Virus record (IMG/VR): IMGVR_UViG_3300032288_002265
Span: 9,328-73,327 of that record
Direction: 5' to 3' (one strand)
DNA: 64,000 nt
DNA from: a virus
The notes beneath the pieces are model-generated. The model ran no database searches. It saw only the letters and a program-made list of their open reading frames with translations, and had not been told where the DNA came from. The translations under genes were made by a program, and so were the position numbers. Shown here piece after piece: positions 63,101 to 64,000 of the stretch. Each line of letters opens with the position of its first letter. Positions within the stretch are counted from its first letter, which is position 1.

Positions 63101-64000
63101 ACTTACGGAAGCAAGTCACTGTACGCAGCGGGTATATTCGATGGGGGAAACCAAGTAGTACACGCTGGCAACGTCTCGTCCTACGCACTTCCGATCGGTG
63201 GTGGAACTGTTACCGGAACGCTCGTAATAAATGGCGGCGACTGCCTCCGCGTCTTTAAGGGTGGAGCGTCGTCGGTCACATCTCACATCTACTGGGCCAA
63301 CACCGGGAACACTATCGCCTACAACTGGCAGATTGATGAAAACAACAACGCCGCCATGTGGGGATACGGCGGCACCGCATGGGCGAAGCTGTTGACTGTC
63401 ACGGCAGCGGGTGCTCTCACTGCAGCGGGTTCGGTCACCGCAACCAGCTTCTCTGGTGCTGGTACAGGGCTCACGGGCACTGCCGCGAGCTTGAGCATAG
63501 GAGGCAGCGCAGCCCAGCTGAACGGCCAGGCTGCTTCGTACTACGAGAACCGCGACACGACTGCCGTGGGGTTCTCTGGTGGTACGCTGACGCTGACCCG
63601 CGCTGCAGGAAACCTCACGACCAGCCTCGACGGACGCTACCTCCCATTGACGGGCGGCACACTGACCGGTGAACTCACGATTGCCACTGGCGCTGCAACT
63701 GGACTCCGCGTCAATTCCCCAGCCGGTACCCAAGGCTTCTGGCTCCGTGTCGGTTACGACACTAATGGAACAGCGACACCTGTTGCATCGGCACTCAACA
63801 CAATGCTCCAGTCAAGCGGAAGCTCGGCTGGGACGTTCACGATCGTTTGCGGAAACGACAGGGTAGCAACGCTTTCAAATGCTGCTGCGAACTTTGCGGT
63901 CGCTCTGCAGCAGAACGGCAATCAAGTCCTACACGCTGGGAATTACAACAGCTACGCAATGCTCACATCGGGCATTCCAAGCGGAAGCGATCAATACGTC
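57164..64000 (+). CDS. Very long modular tail fibre (at least 2279 aa), 3'-truncated; absent from the ORF track because it has no stop in the window
   Basis: ATG at 57164 (MPKFLNPI...NLNADLLDG); gpH-like AGTY..VT.DAKGRVT and PTTLAGYGITDA repeats; GNQV.HAGN repeats; frame reaches the window end. Confidence 0.88.
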   Translation, partial: MPKFLNPITITTPGGSAPLIVNSSTLVTNLNADLLDGQHGSFYQNAGNLNAGTLQAARLPAFSGGDVTSTAGTVALTLANSGVTAGTYTKVTVDAKGRVTTGALLASADLPTYTGTITSGQVTTALGFTPYNATNPSGYITSTASITGYSGGISVSDSRAVVTTPQSINMGVVFDFKQNTTDGLSDGGTYFGEMTFRQYGSTTDWSGGLSHQLGFTDNGNIWQRSGSNTTWGAWKKLLDTSNFSSHALPLSGGTLTGQLFSNSKIETTGVVTGSSFSGAGTGLTGTAASLTAGAVPWTGVTGKPTTLAGYGITDALPLAGGTLSGLLTASAGITMTGGRLYVSSAASGQTYGGTVHIRDGEATGANNSFAGIAFSSAPGADFVIGKYSNAGVGRLQIRNHQATVLATIEADGSASFAGGLTATNFTGPGTGLTGTAAGLSIGGSAVQLNGQAASFYQNAGNLNAGTLLAARMPAFTGGDVTSTAGTVALTLANSGVTAGTYRSVTTDAKGRVTAGTNPTTLAGYGITDALPLTGGTLTGGLTGTTASFSGAVSAPQYAWASSKGYETSNSEYSGPRTLFELAYALAQAHGSNDSFRYKTVLNRQSWNGSAWITDNSTAWTNALTPDGGGTTVITQAEYAAGTTKKRFTIDVGGDWQRANLIFVQRGWNQSDWAFSLEVERSTDNVNWTSDGVQSVPNGPGLAYFSQADTGQTRWFRITVAATQVITAGGLTIIRVMALGPRYATVHPFTVDYSRNVSFAAGITLANPITSTVATGTAPFVVASTTQVNNLNAQLLGGQLSTYYAAASSLTNYLPKSGGAMTGALALHSTGTNGFYNGTGDAATYALYNFKLGGWNGMALENLAPGGTYPSQVVGVINFREGTIDMKGGFKVNGASVITENQSITISGDASGTGKTAINLTLLSVGTAGTYRSVTTDSKGRVTAGTNPTTLAGYGITDALPITGGALTGTISIDTSGSTALVSSVVIKRSGQSSVNFGQYPGAWRSALQIQSNASDRLLFLAPPEADYQFGMLRSANGGLKIDVGGTTANQGTNAVTIDTAGTANFPVGLQQNGSAVLTAASTSAPNLSVGGSAGSVAWTGVTGKPTTLAGYGITDALPLTGGTLTGQLNANSGLSISGSLFQGDYTRRQIALSGPGTANFGNWKQFIRLWAATGSGSNLFTLKVSVRGQWNWSAVFGTVEAYYSLYLPADSTISSLRDFRITHVSGPATDNIRLGDAVIENGFVSIPVWCANTNGLEATVEQWTGAKILGTVTTAVSEALPAFIAPSFRGGLTSNGPLIITDSNSGVFLPSTNDARFNIQSGTAGAWLDIRSETLGYAAVNLYGSTVATGRWSAGMTGGNSNYRITSGAQGAGTVFMEMNSSTNATNFPNALQQGGNQVVHSGNVASYALPIGGGTVTGQVLIGSYMSLNSSASIMGMVGFNRNAATGAIFNASYGAYQLHNNTGTLELQVYNSAGGFVGAHTFNNSGNVAFLTGTVTAGGNQVVHAGNVSTYALPIGGGTLNGNLTMGSGYQHRASDGSASAPGYSFSAETSTGIYRSGTNTLAFSTGGTQRVTINGVGAMNVTGAITQAGNQVLHAGNYNSYAVDNTKRVKQFFWDSLGASTTQARRFEIARIAIDIVNWNQVGTFEIELHEQYYSKGIKKRYAVRYGYSGTRPGLTLVEMTGAGDNNFQVVLGSEQLVSGNHYYLPIYVDVRYYSFVDVRVTTSRQITTNSTPPVGYTYINSSPTPTNITDFTADSTVDISNAATAWQAGGNVILHAGNYNSYALPLTGGTLTGGLSGTTGSFSGEVTWSGWNSGNARAVRIGYSGGNYGGIGYGINYTSTSGSHTYAFADAVTRIDLADGIQVYSAAAGTAGAAVSWTTLLEATRGNGNLRWKGNTVLDSNNYNSFALPLSGGTMTGNIILPATGYVGLNGGSTYGIGTLATNRNSGVFDTVESTGTDPLELNYYQGGAVKIGSGTYGSKSLYAAGIFDGGNQVVHAGNVSSYALPIGGGTVTGTLVINGGDCLRVFKGGASSVTSHIYWANTGNTIAYNWQIDENNNAAMWGYGGTAWAKLLTVTAAGALTAAGSVTATSFSGAGTGLTGTAASLSIGGSAAQLNGQAASYYENRDTTAVGFSGGTLTLTRAAGNLTTSLDGRYLPLTGGTLTGELTIATGAATGLRVNSPAGTQGFWLRVGYDTNGTATPVASALNTMLQSSGSSAGTFTIVCGNDRVATLSNAAANFAVALQQNGNQVLHAGNYNSYAMLTSGIPSGSDQYV

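Noticed and set aside
57164-64000. DGR or shufflon acting on the tail fibre
   Set aside because: No reverse transcriptase in the window, no clear adenine-specific template/variable repeat pair, and all repeats are direct and in frame with no inverted cassettes. The unseen 3' end could change this.
1-64000. tRNA/rRNA genes, IS elements, introns/inteins, alternative genetic code
   Set aside because: No cloverleaf, transposase or intein signature seen; core genes are intact under code 11 with all three stop codons in use.

Overview
The window is most of a GC-rich, probably temperate, podovirus-like tailed phage genome. It opens inside the internal-virion (ejection) gene block and ends inside an unfinished tail-fibre gene. 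Plus strand 1-12.6 kb: a truncated internal virion gene, a 3467-aa polyvalent/ejection protein and two small genes. Minus strand 12.7-28.3 kb: a tyrosine integrase and a long early operon of small genes (DHH phosphoesterase, ThyX, Gp88-like, RadC/JAB, lysozyme-like) with recurrent palindromes and hairpins. 28.3-29.0 kb: a non-coding G-rich region with tandem repeats that may be the genome end or packaging site. Minus strand 29.3-40.9 kb: modification, replication and recombination genes (metallophosphoesterase, methyltransferase, glycosyltransferase-like, HU-like, DnaB, initiator with iteron-like repeats, MazG, SSB, Sak4-like ATPase, PD-(D/E)XK nuclease, RusA-like, Xis-like) and the terminase large subunit. 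Plus strand 41-64 kb: portal, scaffold, capsid, lysis genes, neck and tail genes, tail fibres. Best leads: (1) a neck-adaptor-like protein fused to a purple-acid-phosphatase domain, followed by a glycosyltransferase and a GH130-like propeller inside the tail operon; (2) a RusA-like fold split across two overlapping frames, next to a circularly permuted PD-(D/E)XK nuclease; (3) in-phase A_AAA_AAG -1 frameshift sites, one giving access to a start-less gene before the portal and one linking a nested ORF back into the giant protein; (4) a TAGGGAC...GTCCCTA palindrome family and identical 16-bp gene-junction cassettes in the early region. All calls come from motifs read by eye and gene context; no database searches were run.
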